A DNA stretch of 64,000 nucleotides from Synergistaceae bacterium (lineage in GTDB: Bacteria > Synergistota > Synergistia > Synergistales > Aminobacteriaceae), in the NCBI GenBank assembly GCA_031272035.1, contig JAISUO010000034.1:790-64789 (forward strand), written 5' to 3'. Position 1 is the first letter of the stretch. Each line of letters starts with the position of its first letter. Under the pieces are notes generated by a model. That model ran no database searches. It was given only the letters and a program-made list of their open reading frames with translations, and was not told the DNA's origin. Both the position numbers and the translations under genes were made by a program. Positions 54,802 to 64,000 of the stretch are shown one piece after another.

Positions 54802-56442
54802 ATGTTGTCGAAAACGGCGTTTCCCCCGGAGCAAACTCTGGCCGGAATGAGCGAAGAGGGGCGACGAATTTACGATCTGATGCTGGAACTCGTGGCCATT
54901 CCCAGCGTTACGGGCTCGGAAGGCGGAGAGAACCGGTGCGCGGATTTTATTTACGACCGGCTTTCAAAACAGGATTACTTCGGGCGAAATCCGTCGGATC
55001 TCTTTTTTGGCGGTCCCATGGACAAAGCGGAGGATCCTCTTGGACGCAGATCCGTCTGTGGTTTGGTGCGGGCCGGAATCCCCACGAAGAAAACGGTGAT
55101 CCTGCTGGGGCATTTCGACGTGGTGGATGTGGACGTGTGCGGGCCTCTGCGCCCCTGGGCCTTTGACCCGAAGGCGTACACGGAGCGGATTGGGGAGCTG
55201 GAGCTTTCCAAAGAGGCAAGGGACGACCTGGAGTCCGGCGACTGGCTTTTCGGTCGGGGCGTCTCCGACATGAAAACGGGAGTGGCTTTGATAATGACCC
55301 TTCTGAAAGAGCATGGAGACCGGCGGGAAGAGCGGGATTTCAACCTGCTGGGGCTGCTTGTTCCCGACGAGGAAGGCGACTCCGTGGGAATGCGTGGGGC
55401 GATTTCGGTGCTGGCCAGGCTTCAGGAGGAAGAAAAACTCGATTTTCTGGCCTGCGTGAATATCGAGCCCGTTTTCGAGTCCTCCGGGCCGGCGATCTTT
55501 TATGGGACCATAGGCAAATTCATGCCTTTCTTTCTCTGCGTGGGACGGGAGACCCACGTGGGGGCCTACTACGAGGGCCTGAACTCCACCCTCATCGCCT
55601 CTTTTCTCAATATTTCTCTGGATGGCGGCAAAGACACGGTGGAATGCCGCGGAACTCAGACCTTTCAGCCCTGGAGCTGCCTGCGCATGCGGGACACGAG
55701 GACTCGCTACGCGGTGACTCTCCCCGAGCGCACCGTTCTTTATTACAACTGTCTGACCGTTGAAAAAACGCCGGCGGCGATACTGGAGTTTATGAAGACG
55801 AAAGCGACCCTGGCCCTGCGCGCCGCTCTCTCTCACGTTGGACGGGAGGACTGGACGCCCAGGGTGCTGACCGTGGAGGACGTTTTGAATCAGGCCGCCA
55901 AAAATCTGGGTTCGAAACAGAGGCTCTTCGAGGAGCTGGCCGTTTCGGAGACGACCGCGGACGCTCGGGAGCGCAACATCGATTTTCTGTCCCGGGCCCT
56001 GGACGTCACGGGGGAGAAGGGCCCCCTGGTGGTCGCGGGTTTTCTTCCGCCTTTTTATCCTCCCCGCAGCAATCGGAGCGACAGCCTCCACAAACGGGCG
56101 GTGCGGAAGGCGGCGTCCCTCGTCCGGAACGAACTGGAGAAGCGGGGCTTCGGCCTGAAGGAAATGGAAATCATGCAGGGCATCACCGATTTGAGCTATA
56201 CGGGGTTTGAGGGGCAGGCCTCCGACCTGGAGCCCCTGGCGACAAATCTTCCCCTCTGGGGGCGATGCTACAGCCTTCCTCTTTCCGACCTGCGGAAAAT
56301 CGACATTGCGCCGGTGGTTCTGGGGCCGGTGGGAAGGGATGCCCACAAGCTCACGGAGAGGGTGAAGCTGAGTTATTCCTTTGATATACTTCCTTCGATT
56401 TTGCGGACGTTCATATTTTCGATTGCAGAGGAGCATAAATAA
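54802..56442 (+). CDS. M20-family metallopeptidase/amidohydrolase (RocB-like long form)
   Basis: LVAIPSVTGSEGE, LLGHFDVVDV, GRGVSDMKTG and PDEEGDSVGMRG. The ATG at 54802 follows GGAGAAGG. Confidence 0.8.
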   Translation: MLSKTAFPPEQTLAGMSEEGRRIYDLMLELVAIPSVTGSEGGENRCADFIYDRLSKQDYFGRNPSDLFFGGPMDKAEDPLGRRSVCGLVRAGIPTKKTVILLGHFDVVDVDVCGPLRPWAFDPKAYTERIGELELSKEARDDLESGDWLFGRGVSDMKTGVALIMTLLKEHGDRREERDFNLLGLLVPDEEGDSVGMRGAISVLARLQEEEKLDFLACVNIEPVFESSGPAIFYGTIGKFMPFFLCVGRETHVGAYYEGLNSTLIASFLNISLDGGKDTVECRGTQTFQPWSCLRMRDTRTRYAVTLPERTVLYYNCLTVEKTPAAILEFMKTKATLALRAALSHVGREDWTPRVLTVEDVLNQAAKNLGSKQRLFEELAVSETTADARERNIDFLSRALDVTGEKGPLVVAGFLPPFYPPRSNRSDSLHKRAVRKAASLVRNELEKRGFGLKEMEIMQGITDLSYTGFEGQASDLEPLATNLPLWGRCYSLPLSDLRKIDIAPVVLGPVGRDAHKLTERVKLSYSFDILPSILRTFIFSIAEEHK

Positions 56443-56643
56443 TGAAAAACCCCGTGGATGAAGGTCCTGGAACGGCCTATGATCTTTTTTTCTTTTCCTG
56501 CTGTTTTAGATGTGCGATTTCTTTTTGCTATAAAGCACGTTTTTGAAGAGTATCGCTCTTTGCGTAAAATCGATTATGCGTTACAATAAAACTATCGTAG
56601 CCAATTTGTGCGAGGGGTCCATTTTTTCGGAGGTGACAGAGGG

Positions 56644-57600
56644 ATGCGACTTCTGACCCGGTCAGATTTTGACGGATTGATGTGTGCTGTTTTGCTCAAG
56701 GAACTGGAGCTTTTCGAAGAAAAGAAATTTGTTCATCCCAAAGATATTCAGGATGGAGTAATTGCCGTCACGGGGGAGGATATTCTGGTCAATATTCCTT
56801 ACGCTCCGGGATGTGGAATGTGGTTTGACCACCACACCAGCGAGGACGCCAGAAAACTGATGTACCAATATAAGTACGTTGGCGCTTCCTGGCCCGCGCC
56901 GAGCTGCGCCCGGGTGATTTATGAGTATTATGGCGGAGCGAAGGGACGACTGGCTCGCTTCAGGCAGATGGTCATGGATGCGGACAAGTGTGATTCCGCT
57001 CACTTCACTCGCGAGGAAGTGCTGGATCCCCAGGGAATGGTTTTGCTTTCCTTTATTATGGACCCGCGCACGGGGTTTGGTCGATACCGGGACTTCCGCA
57101 TTTCCAACTATCAGCTTATGGACTGCCTGATCGATCACCTTCGAACGATGAATATCGAAGAGATTATGCAGTTGGATGACCTGCAGGAGCGGGTGCGCCT
57201 GTACAACGAGCATCGGGAACCCTTCGAAAAAATGATGCGGGACCACTCCTGGACCGATGGAGCGGCGGTCATTACCGATCTCCGGGAGGTGGAGGAAACC
57301 TACGTGGGAAATCGTCACGTCATTTACGCTCTCTTCCCCGACCAGAACGTGTCGGTGCGAGTGTTCGACGGGCGGGAAAAACAGTTCTGCGTTTTTGCCG
57401 TGGGATACAGCATCCTGAACCGTACCGCTACGGTGGACGTGGGCAAGCTGATGCTGAAATATGGCGGCGGCGGTCACCGCAGAGTGGGAACCTGTCAGGT
57501 GCCTTACGCGGAAGTGGATCGCATTCTGAAGGAAATTGTCGAAGAGATCAATGCCCGTAACTGGCAAATGCTTAACATATCGGGTTTTGAAGAGTTTTAA
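56644..57600 (+). CDS. DHH-family phosphoesterase-like protein
   Basis: SDFDG (motif I) and WFDHHTS (DHH motif). 318 aa. The ATG follows GGAGGTGACAGAGGG. Confidence 0.65.
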   Translation: MRLLTRSDFDGLMCAVLLKELELFEEKKFVHPKDIQDGVIAVTGEDILVNIPYAPGCGMWFDHHTSEDARKLMYQYKYVGASWPAPSCARVIYEYYGGAKGRLARFRQMVMDADKCDSAHFTREEVLDPQGMVLLSFIMDPRTGFGRYRDFRISNYQLMDCLIDHLRTMNIEEIMQLDDLQERVRLYNEHREPFEKMMRDHSWTDGAAVITDLREVEETYVGNRHVIYALFPDQNVSVRVFDGREKQFCVFAVGYSILNRTATVDVGKLMLKYGGGGHRRVGTCQVPYAEVDRILKEIVEEINARNWQMLNISGFEEF

Positions 57601-57806
57601 CGGAACTTTGTGCCGAAAAGAAAAGACCTCACGGAAAATTGGTGGAAATTGCATGAGTAATTCCCGCTGATGTTTTTGTTTTTTCAAAAAATCCTCTGTA
57701 TTTTTCAGAGGTGATGAGTGTAGAATACATGGAGAGCGACTTCTGAGCGCAGAAGGGCTCTCTATTTTATATTTTTATATTCATTTTCAGGAAGGAGTAT
57801 CAGGCA

Positions 57807-58619
57807 ATGGCAAAAAATACCTTGAGAATCGGCAAGTTTACGGCGCTGTTTTTGGGCCTGCTGATGTTTGCGACGGGAGGGGCCTTCGCGAAGTCGAAAG
57901 ATGAAGTTTCCGTCACCGTCGAAGGAGTCGCCTTCGTTATGTTGCCCACCCCGGCCGCTTCAGGGGTGAAATACGAGGCGAAGGGAGATCCTTCCACCCT
58001 GTTTTGGAGCCATGGAAACGAGGCGACTCTGACGGTCGGAGGGCGAGAGTATTCTCGTTACGTTCTGGTGCAGGAAGGACTGGAGGAAGATGAGCTTTTT
58101 CTCACGGTGGACGGTAAAATTTACGTTATGAGGAGAGTTGAAGCCGCTTCGGGAGAGAAATACGAGGCGGAAAACGATCCGACTACCGTTTTCTGGGGTA
58201 AGGGCGATTCGGCGATGCTCACGGTGGAGGGCAAAAGATATAAAGGATACGACCATTTCTTCCCCTTTGGAGAGATCTGGACTGAAGACAGGGGAATCCC
58301 TCTGGAGGCGGAGTGGAAGGTCACGAGCCTGGACGGGGCCGACCTGGTGGAAGGCTCGGTCATAACCGCCGTCTTTCACGCGGATGGAACGCTGAACGGG
58401 AAGGCCTCCATCAACAACTACAACGCTTCCTGGATGGTGCTGAGAGACAGAGTTGTGATCTCGAAGGGCGTCTCCACGAGAATGGCGGGTAAACCTGCGC
58501 TCATGGAACAGGAAAGAGTGTTTCTCGAACTTCTGTCCGCAGCGAGCCGTTTCGCCTCCTGGGGCGACACTCTTGTGCTCACCGCGGGAGACGGCAGAGA
58601 ACTGACTCTGAAAAAATGA
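57807..58619 (+). CDS. Secreted protein with two MliC-like lysozyme-inhibitor repeats and a C-terminal META (HslJ-like) domain
   Basis: Signal peptide. The duplicated block is AASG(V/E)KYEA..DP(S/T)T(L/V)FW..G..A.LTV.G, followed by WKVTSLDGADL...NNYNASW...LVLT (META pattern). Confidence 0.65.
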   Translation: MAKNTLRIGKFTALFLGLLMFATGGAFAKSKDEVSVTVEGVAFVMLPTPAASGVKYEAKGDPSTLFWSHGNEATLTVGGREYSRYVLVQEGLEEDELFLTVDGKIYVMRRVEAASGEKYEAENDPTTVFWGKGDSAMLTVEGKRYKGYDHFFPFGEIWTEDRGIPLEAEWKVTSLDGADLVEGSVITAVFHADGTLNGKASINNYNASWMVLRDRVVISKGVSTRMAGKPALMEQERVFLELLSAASRFASWGDTLVLTAGDGRELTLKK

Positions 58620-58726
58620 AAAAGTAAAAACACAGCTCAGTGGAGGAGAACGGCGCAGAAGGTGAAAGTTTTCGGGTGAAAGTTTCCGCTTCACGTTCAG
58701 CAAATATAAAATAGGAATATAAGGAT

Positions 58727-58758
58727 AAAAAACAGGGCCCCTCGGCCCAGGGGCCCTG
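58727..58758 (-). terminator. Rho-independent terminator of the csp gene
   Basis: A 9-bp GC stem CAGGGCCCC/GGGGCCCTG followed, on the minus strand, by TTTTTT. Confidence 0.8.
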
Positions 58759-58792
58759 ACATCAATTTCGGCTGAATTCGATTGGAGAAATG

Positions 58793-58993
58793 TTACACCT
58801 TGGAAACGTTGGCTGCCTGCGGTCCCTTTTCGCCGTTCACAATTTCAAACGATACCTTCTGTCCCTCTGCAAGGGTCTTGAAACCTTCACCCATTATCGC
58901 ACTGTAATGCACAAACACATCCTTACCCTCATCAGCAGTGATGAAACCATAACCCTTGCTCTCGTTGAACCACTTCACGGTACCCTGAGCCAT
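58793..58993 (-). CDS. cspA: Cold-shock protein (CspA family)
   Basis: [18 protein letters not shown] (RNP1) and DVFVHYS (RNP2). 66 aa. AGGAGG RBS. Confidence 0.95.
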   Translation of the reverse strand: MAQGTVKWFNESKGYGFITADEGKDVFVHYSAIMGEGFKTLAEGQKVSFEIVNGEKGPQAANVSKV

Positions 58994-59205
58994 TAAAAAA
59001 AGCCTCCTAAACCAAACAAAATTACCGACCACAAGGGCGGCATGTAGATACTATACGATTGTGAAGGCAATATGTCAAGATACTGAATATGTTTTGGTAA
59101 AATTTATCGATTTTCGTATAAAGACAGGGTGTCCGTTATAATGAAAAAGATCGGTCGTCCAATTCGAGGAGTCCGGAATGAAGAGATCAAAATGAAGGAA
59201 TCGAA

Positions 59206-60633
59206 GTGGAGAAGCGGGGCAGGGCGGGTATGATAAAATTTTTTGTCTCCTTCGCGGTGACTCTGCTGTTTTGGGGGTATGAAGCTGCGGCGGCGGAGAG
59301 CGTCAGTCTCGGTCGGTATCTGGAAATGGTGAGGGATCGGAATCCCGCGCTGCGGTCCGGGGCTCGATCCCTGGAGGCGGGGTATTACGGTGTACTGGCG
59401 TCTGTCTCTTACCAGAGGCCCTCTTTGGAGGGGATGGTGTCGGGTTCTTACCTGACGGGGAGCAGGAACGCCCAGTCGGACCTCCGGGAAAAGAACGTCG
59501 CCGCCGGAAACGCGGCTTTCAGGCTGACGCACCGCATCGACCTCAGCGGCGCCTGGTCGCTGGATGAACGGCAGCAGATTCTTTTTTACGAGATCCAGAG
59601 GGCCGGCTTCGACGAGGACGTCAACGATCTTATGGCTGCGGCGGAGGAATGCTGGTGGTCGGCGGTGCTGGCGAGAGAAAACATCGCGCTTCAGGAGGAT
59701 GTTCTGCGTCAGCGCCGGGAAAATAACCGGGTCACCGAAGAAAAATATAAACAGCAGCTCGTTCCCCGTCTGGACCTCATCCGCTCGGAGGCGCAGGTCG
59801 TGGAGGCCGAAAGCCTCGTCTCCGACGCCAGTGCGCAGTACAGCAACCTGTTGGCGCGGCTGGCGGCATTGACGGGAGGCACGGAGGTCGTCCCCCCGGA
59901 GGAGCCTCTTCTCCTTCCGGCCTTTAGTGTCACCGCCACACCGGAGAAGATGCTTTCCTCCAGTCCGGAAGTTCGCGCCGCCCGTCTCGCTCTCGACAGG
60001 AGCAGGGTCGTCAGGCAGCTGAAGGCGAAAGGCCTGTCTCCGACCCTGAACGCGGCAATAACCTGGATGCCCTTTTCAGACCCCTGGAATTCCTCCTCCC
60101 CTCAAAAGGGAGAAATGTCGGCGACCCTGAGCCTGAACTTCCCGATTTTGGACGGCGGGCAGACCCGATATGAGGTCCTGAACGCGGACAGGCTGGTACA
60201 GGCCGCGGAGGAGTGGCTGCGTTCCGTGGAAAACTCCGCGAAAATGGATTTTGCGATCGCCGGCAACGACTGGAACAGGGCGATGGCCCTCGAAAAGGCG
60301 AAAAAACGTCAGGTGGAGCGGTCCGACGAAGAAGTACGGATCACTAAGCTGATGTACGGTGAGGGCATGGGAGCGCAGTTGGATCTGATCAATGCCCAGA
60401 CGGAAAATCAGCGAATCCGAACGGACTATCTGAGCGCGGTGCGGGATATGTATGTGGCTCTCGTCAACCTCAGAAAGGTTGCGGGAGATTACGCTCCCGA
60501 CGAGGAGGGCGCCTGGAAAGATGCCGTGATTCGCTATGGCAGGGGCAGAAATGTGTCAGACGAAAATGTTTTGGGCGGAACGAACGAAAAACGAACAGGT
60601 CGGGCAGGGGAAGCAAAAAACAAAAATCGATGA
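59206..60633 (+). CDS. TolC-family outer membrane efflux protein
   Basis: Signal peptide followed by the two-fold repeat of the OEP family (e.g. LDLIRSEAQV..., QLDLINAQTENQRIRTDYLSA). Confidence 0.85.
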   Translation: MEKRGRAGMIKFFVSFAVTLLFWGYEAAAAESVSLGRYLEMVRDRNPALRSGARSLEAGYYGVLASVSYQRPSLEGMVSGSYLTGSRNAQSDLREKNVAAGNAAFRLTHRIDLSGAWSLDERQQILFYEIQRAGFDEDVNDLMAAAEECWWSAVLARENIALQEDVLRQRRENNRVTEEKYKQQLVPRLDLIRSEAQVVEAESLVSDASAQYSNLLARLAALTGGTEVVPPEEPLLLPAFSVTATPEKMLSSSPEVRAARLALDRSRVVRQLKAKGLSPTLNAAITWMPFSDPWNSSSPQKGEMSATLSLNFPILDGGQTRYEVLNADRLVQAAEEWLRSVENSAKMDFAIAGNDWNRAMALEKAKKRQVERSDEEVRITKLMYGEGMGAQLDLINAQTENQRIRTDYLSAVRDMYVALVNLRKVAGDYAPDEEGAWKDAVIRYGRGRNVSDENVLGGTNEKRTGRAGEAKNKNR

Positions 60634-60691
60634 AAAATGGTCAGAAGAGACAGAAGAAAGAAAGATAAGGAAGAGAAGCTGGAAAGAAATT

Positions 60692-60726
60692 ATGAAGGGT
60701 TTTTACTGATTTTTACCTTCATTTTT
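60692..60726 (+). terminator. Possible terminator downstream of the tolC-like gene
   Basis: ATGAAGG...CCTTCAT 7-bp stem (17-nt loop) followed by TTTT. Confidence 0.35.
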
Positions 60727-60945
60727 CATCGGGGCTGGGTTTTAGGTGATGTGTTATATTGAATACATCGAAAAGTGCTCGAAGTATCGCCGGGATTATA
60801 TGAGGTTTTAGAAAAACCTTTTTAACGACAGAAAGGCTGTAAAAAGAGTACAAAGACAAATGAGGCGACTCCCTGCGGGCCGCTTAAACAATGTTGTCTG
60901 CAAAAATTTTAACGGATGTGTCTCAAGCGGTGGAGGTAGTGAGAA

Positions 60946-61614
60946 ATGGAGAAATTTTTTAAGTCTGAAATGCGCATTGTAAGAGGTGTCATGGGAGCGC
61001 TGTTGTGGTTGTCTCTGGGGATTTCCACCGCCTGGGCGGAACCGGAAGCGTATAATTTCCCCCCTTTGCCGAGGCCGCTGGCGGTTGTTAACATGCCTCC
61101 CGTGCCGTCTCCCGACACTCGAATGATTGCCGCGGATGCGGCCAGACGTCGTGAAGCAAGGAAAAAAACCATCGTAGAACTGTTTCGAAAATACAACAGA
61201 AAACTGAGCGAAAAAAAAGCCGAGGATTATGTCCAATATATCCTTCAGGCCTGTGAGCAGTTTAACCAGGATCCTTTCGTCATCGCGGCGATGATCGTCA
61301 ACGAATCTACGGTGAAACACGACGCTCTTTCCAGAGGAGGCGACTATGGCCTGATGCAGGTGCGATGGCGCGTCCACAGGAAAAAAATTCAGGAGAAGTA
61401 CCCACATATTGATGGACCTCATGACATGTTCGATCCCAAATACAACGTTTTGGTGGGGACGGAAATTTTCGCCACGTACTATCAGACGGCGAAGGAAGAT
61501 CTCCGGGGAGCCCTCAGGTATTACACGGCGGGGAACAAGCGTCTGATCGAAAAGGTCTGTACCGTGCGAAGCCAGCTCGAAGAAAACTACCTGAGACATC
61601 TGAAAAAAGGCTGA
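60946..61614 (+). CDS. Lytic transglycosylase (SLT domain)
   Basis: Signal peptide. The catalytic block is AMIVNESTVKHDALSRGGDYGLMQV. Confidence 0.85.
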   Translation: MEKFFKSEMRIVRGVMGALLWLSLGISTAWAEPEAYNFPPLPRPLAVVNMPPVPSPDTRMIAADAARRREARKKTIVELFRKYNRKLSEKKAEDYVQYILQACEQFNQDPFVIAAMIVNESTVKHDALSRGGDYGLMQVRWRVHRKKIQEKYPHIDGPHDMFDPKYNVLVGTEIFATYYQTAKEDLRGALRYYTAGNKRLIEKVCTVRSQLEENYLRHLKKG

Positions 61615-61766
61615 TAATCTTTAAAATTTGTAAAATTTTATTCCTTCTATATTGCGTCCGGCGGGCCAGAGGATATAATTTTCTGCAGGAAGCAAAGTAT
61701 GAGTGTAGAGAATGAGTATTATGATTGATTAAAGTTATACATGTATTTTGCGGGAGGGTATGACGC

Positions 61767-63719
61767 GTGTCGCAGGAAAAGCATTTTTTTCAGTCAGAAG
61801 CCGCAGAGCTTCTGAAAATGATGATTCATTCGGTTTACTCCAACAGAGAAATTTTTTTGAGAGAACTGATCTCGAACGCATCGGATGCTCTGGATAAAAG
61901 ACGCATCGAGGTACTTTCCAACAGCGAGGAATACGGAGAATACGAACCTGAAATTCGTGTCGTGAGGGATAAGGAAAAACGTACGCTTACGGTTCGGGAC
62001 AATGGCATCGGCATGACTCGGGAGGAAATTGTCGAGTATATCGGAACTATCGCCAGATCCGGCACGAGAGAATTTCTTTCCGCGGCCGGAAAGGGAGACG
62101 GGAAGAGCGACTCTCCTTCCATGCAGGAGAGGCTTATCGGGCAGTTTGGGGTCGGTTTTTATTCCGTTTTTATGGTGGCGGATCGGGTGGAACTGACGTC
62201 AAGACGGCTGGGGACGACGGAAACCTGGCGTTTCGAGTCCGCGGGAGACGGGTCCTACACTCTTGAAGAGGCGGAGCTGCCGGAGTGCGGAACCTGGGTG
62301 AAGCTCTATCTTCGCGAGCCGGGAGAGGATGAGCAGGACTACGTCGACGAGTGGACCCTTCGCGAGATCGTCAGAAAGTACTCCGACTTTATCGGTTATC
62401 CCATTATAATGAACTGTTCCAAATGGAAGGACAATGTTGAGACCGTCGAGGACGAGGTGATCAACTCCCGTAAGGCGATCTGGAGCAGACCTGAGGGAGA
62501 GGTGTCGGAGACGGAATACAGCGAGTTCTACCGTCACCTCACCCACGACTGGCAGGAGCCTTTGACGCGGATTGTTCTCAATGCCGAAGGATCTGTCAGC
62601 TTCAGGGGGTTGCTCTTTGTTCCGTCCCGGGCGCCTTTCGAGCTCTTCATGAACGAACGGGCCGGAGGAGTGAGCCTCTACATCGGACGGGTTTTTATCA
62701 TGAACGACTGTAAAGACCTGATTCCGGAGTATCTGAGATTTGTTCGGGGAGTGGTGGATTCCGAAGACCTGCCCCTCAACATCTCCCGTGAAATTTTGCA
62801 GGAAGACCCCCGTGTTCGCGTAATACGCCGCAGTGTGCTGCGTAAGATCTTTGCCAGCCTCCGAAAAATGCTGGAGAACGACCGGGAAAAATATGAAAAA
62901 TTCTGGGCCGCTTTCGGACGACTTTTGAAGGAAGGCGTCATACAGGACAGGGAAAACGCCCGAACAATATTGGAAATTTCCCTGTTCCGCTCCACCGGTC
63001 TCCAGGGCTCCGGCTCCGACGAAGCCGGTTCCGGCGGCGGCTGGACGACGCTGAACGAGTATCTGAGTCGAATGAAACCCGGTCAGGGGGGCATCTATTA
63101 CCTTGTGGGCCGTGACGCCTCCGCTCTCAAAAATTCACCGAAACTGGAGGCTTTTGCGGAGAAGGGATATGAAGTTCTGCTGCTGACGGATCCTGTGGAT
63201 GAGATTATTATGAACCAGAACTCCGAATACGAGGAGAAGAAATTTCTCGACGTGGGGTCCGCCGAAGTTCATGCCGCTGCCGAAGAGGAGCGCAAAGAAG
63301 CTGAAAAGAAACTGGAGGGGCTGCAAAAGGCCTTCGAGCCGCTGAAAAATAAGATTATGGCTGTTTTTCCCGAAACATTGAGCGACGTTCGACTTTCAAC
63401 TCGCATGACGTCCTCTCCGGCCTGTCTTGTGGGGGACAGAAACGCGCTGTCTCTGCAAATGGAACACATGATGCGCGCAATGGGGCAGGAAGTCCCGGTT
63501 GTGAAGCGAATTTTCGAACTCAATCCGTCTCATCCCGTCGTGAAAAGCCTGATCGCTCTGGCGGAGGCGGGGGATGCCAGGACGGAGGATTTTGTTTCAG
63601 TCCTCTATGATCAGGCCCTGCTTTTGGATGGAGGAACGCTCTCCGACCCGGGAGACTTCGCGAATCGCCTGTCTCGAATCATGAACATGGCGCTGGAGGA
63701 ATCTGCCAATAAGCGATAA
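61767..63719 (+). CDS. htpG: Molecular chaperone HtpG (Hsp90)
   Basis: FLRELISNASDALDK, GQFGVGFYS, 650 aa. GTG start. Confidence 0.95.
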   Translation: MSQEKHFFQSEAAELLKMMIHSVYSNREIFLRELISNASDALDKRRIEVLSNSEEYGEYEPEIRVVRDKEKRTLTVRDNGIGMTREEIVEYIGTIARSGTREFLSAAGKGDGKSDSPSMQERLIGQFGVGFYSVFMVADRVELTSRRLGTTETWRFESAGDGSYTLEEAELPECGTWVKLYLREPGEDEQDYVDEWTLREIVRKYSDFIGYPIIMNCSKWKDNVETVEDEVINSRKAIWSRPEGEVSETEYSEFYRHLTHDWQEPLTRIVLNAEGSVSFRGLLFVPSRAPFELFMNERAGGVSLYIGRVFIMNDCKDLIPEYLRFVRGVVDSEDLPLNISREILQEDPRVRVIRRSVLRKIFASLRKMLENDREKYEKFWAAFGRLLKEGVIQDRENARTILEISLFRSTGLQGSGSDEAGSGGGWTTLNEYLSRMKPGQGGIYYLVGRDASALKNSPKLEAFAEKGYEVLLLTDPVDEIIMNQNSEYEEKKFLDVGSAEVHAAAEEERKEAEKKLEGLQKAFEPLKNKIMAVFPETLSDVRLSTRMTSSPACLVGDRNALSLQMEHMMRAMGQEVPVVKRIFELNPSHPVVKSLIALAEAGDARTEDFVSVLYDQALLLDGGTLSDPGDFANRLSRIMNMALEESANKR

Positions 63720-63866
63720 TTTAAAGCGAGAAATAGAGAAAAGCTGTACAATACGTAAATCAATGCAGAATTTCCTGTTAGGGGGGCGAAAATCATAGCG
63801 GGCCGAAAGAAAACGAAAAAGGAAGAAGTTCCGGCAGAGGAAAAATTCGTTCCCAAATATGATGTT

Positions 63867-64000
63867 ATGTCCAAACAGCGTTACGTCGACACCACGTCGC
63901 AGAAGACGGATTTCGACAAGGTTCTTGACGAATTGAGCTCCATCAGTCAGGAAAAACTTTCCTGGGATATATTGCGTATGACCCAGAAGCACTTTGGCGA
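63867..64000 (+). CDS. 5' end of an unidentified gene running off the window
   Basis: The frame is open from 63759 to the window end (…MSKQRYVDTTSQKTDFDKVLDEL...). The first canonical start is the ATG at 63867, and I recognise no product. Confidence 0.25.
   Translation, partial: MSKQRYVDTTSQKTDFDKVLDELSSISQEKLSWDILRMTQKHFG

Noticed and set aside
54964-56436. 490-aa antisense ORF opposite the M20 peptidase gene
   Set aside because: A shadow ORF with a biased composition. The plus frame has clear M20 motifs.
1-64000. tRNA, rRNA or other structured RNA genes
   Set aside because: The intergenic regions are short, or AT-rich without cloverleaf-like or T-loop (GGTTCGAATCC-type) signatures that I could see. 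A tRNAscan/Infernal run would be needed to be certain.

Overview
GC-rich, gene-dense bacterial chromosomal segment with about 60 supportable protein-coding genes. I found no rRNA, tRNA, CRISPR array or transposase by eye. The gene content suggests an amino-acid-fermenting, diderm anaerobe, possibly Synergistota-like: TolC, LpxL-type acyltransferase, Stickland-type selenoprotein reductase, citrate lyase, several TRAP transporters, Fe-S dehydratases. This taxonomic guess is inference only. Housekeeping genes (tyrS, gpsA, radA, htpG, csp, ABC/MATE exporters, a NarL-type two-component pair) alternate with four accessory blocks. (1) 18.3-24.3 kb: a stand-alone substrate-specific 'protein B' reductase module. 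It has a GrdE-family subunit and a GrdB-family selenoprotein whose in-frame UGA at 22508-22510 splits it into two ORFs in the track, followed by two uncharacterised membrane proteins. A TetR regulator and an N-terminally truncated Cys paralogue of GrdB lie alongside. (2) 24.3-27.3 kb: a low-GC patch with a decayed DinJ/zeta-like toxin-antitoxin pair, a Fur-family regulator, a QueD/PTPS-like protein with a zinc ribbon, and a small tyrosine recombinase. (3) 28-35.8 kb: an IclR-controlled operon of an ICL/PEP-mutase-family lyase, a TAXI-TRAP transporter and citDEF, without citC/X/G. Next to it, at 38.5-46.5 kb, is an operon of DctPQM TRAP, two-subunit aconitase X, RidA and an Fe-S serine-dehydratase-like enzyme. 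(4) 46.6-54.5 kb: an orphan ParA/MinD-type ATPase translationally coupled to a basic, disordered partner, flanked by two paralogous giant secreted Ig-like/TPR proteins. I consider blocks 1 and 4 the best candidates for undescribed biology. All functional calls rest on motif recognition in the supplied translations, with no database search run.
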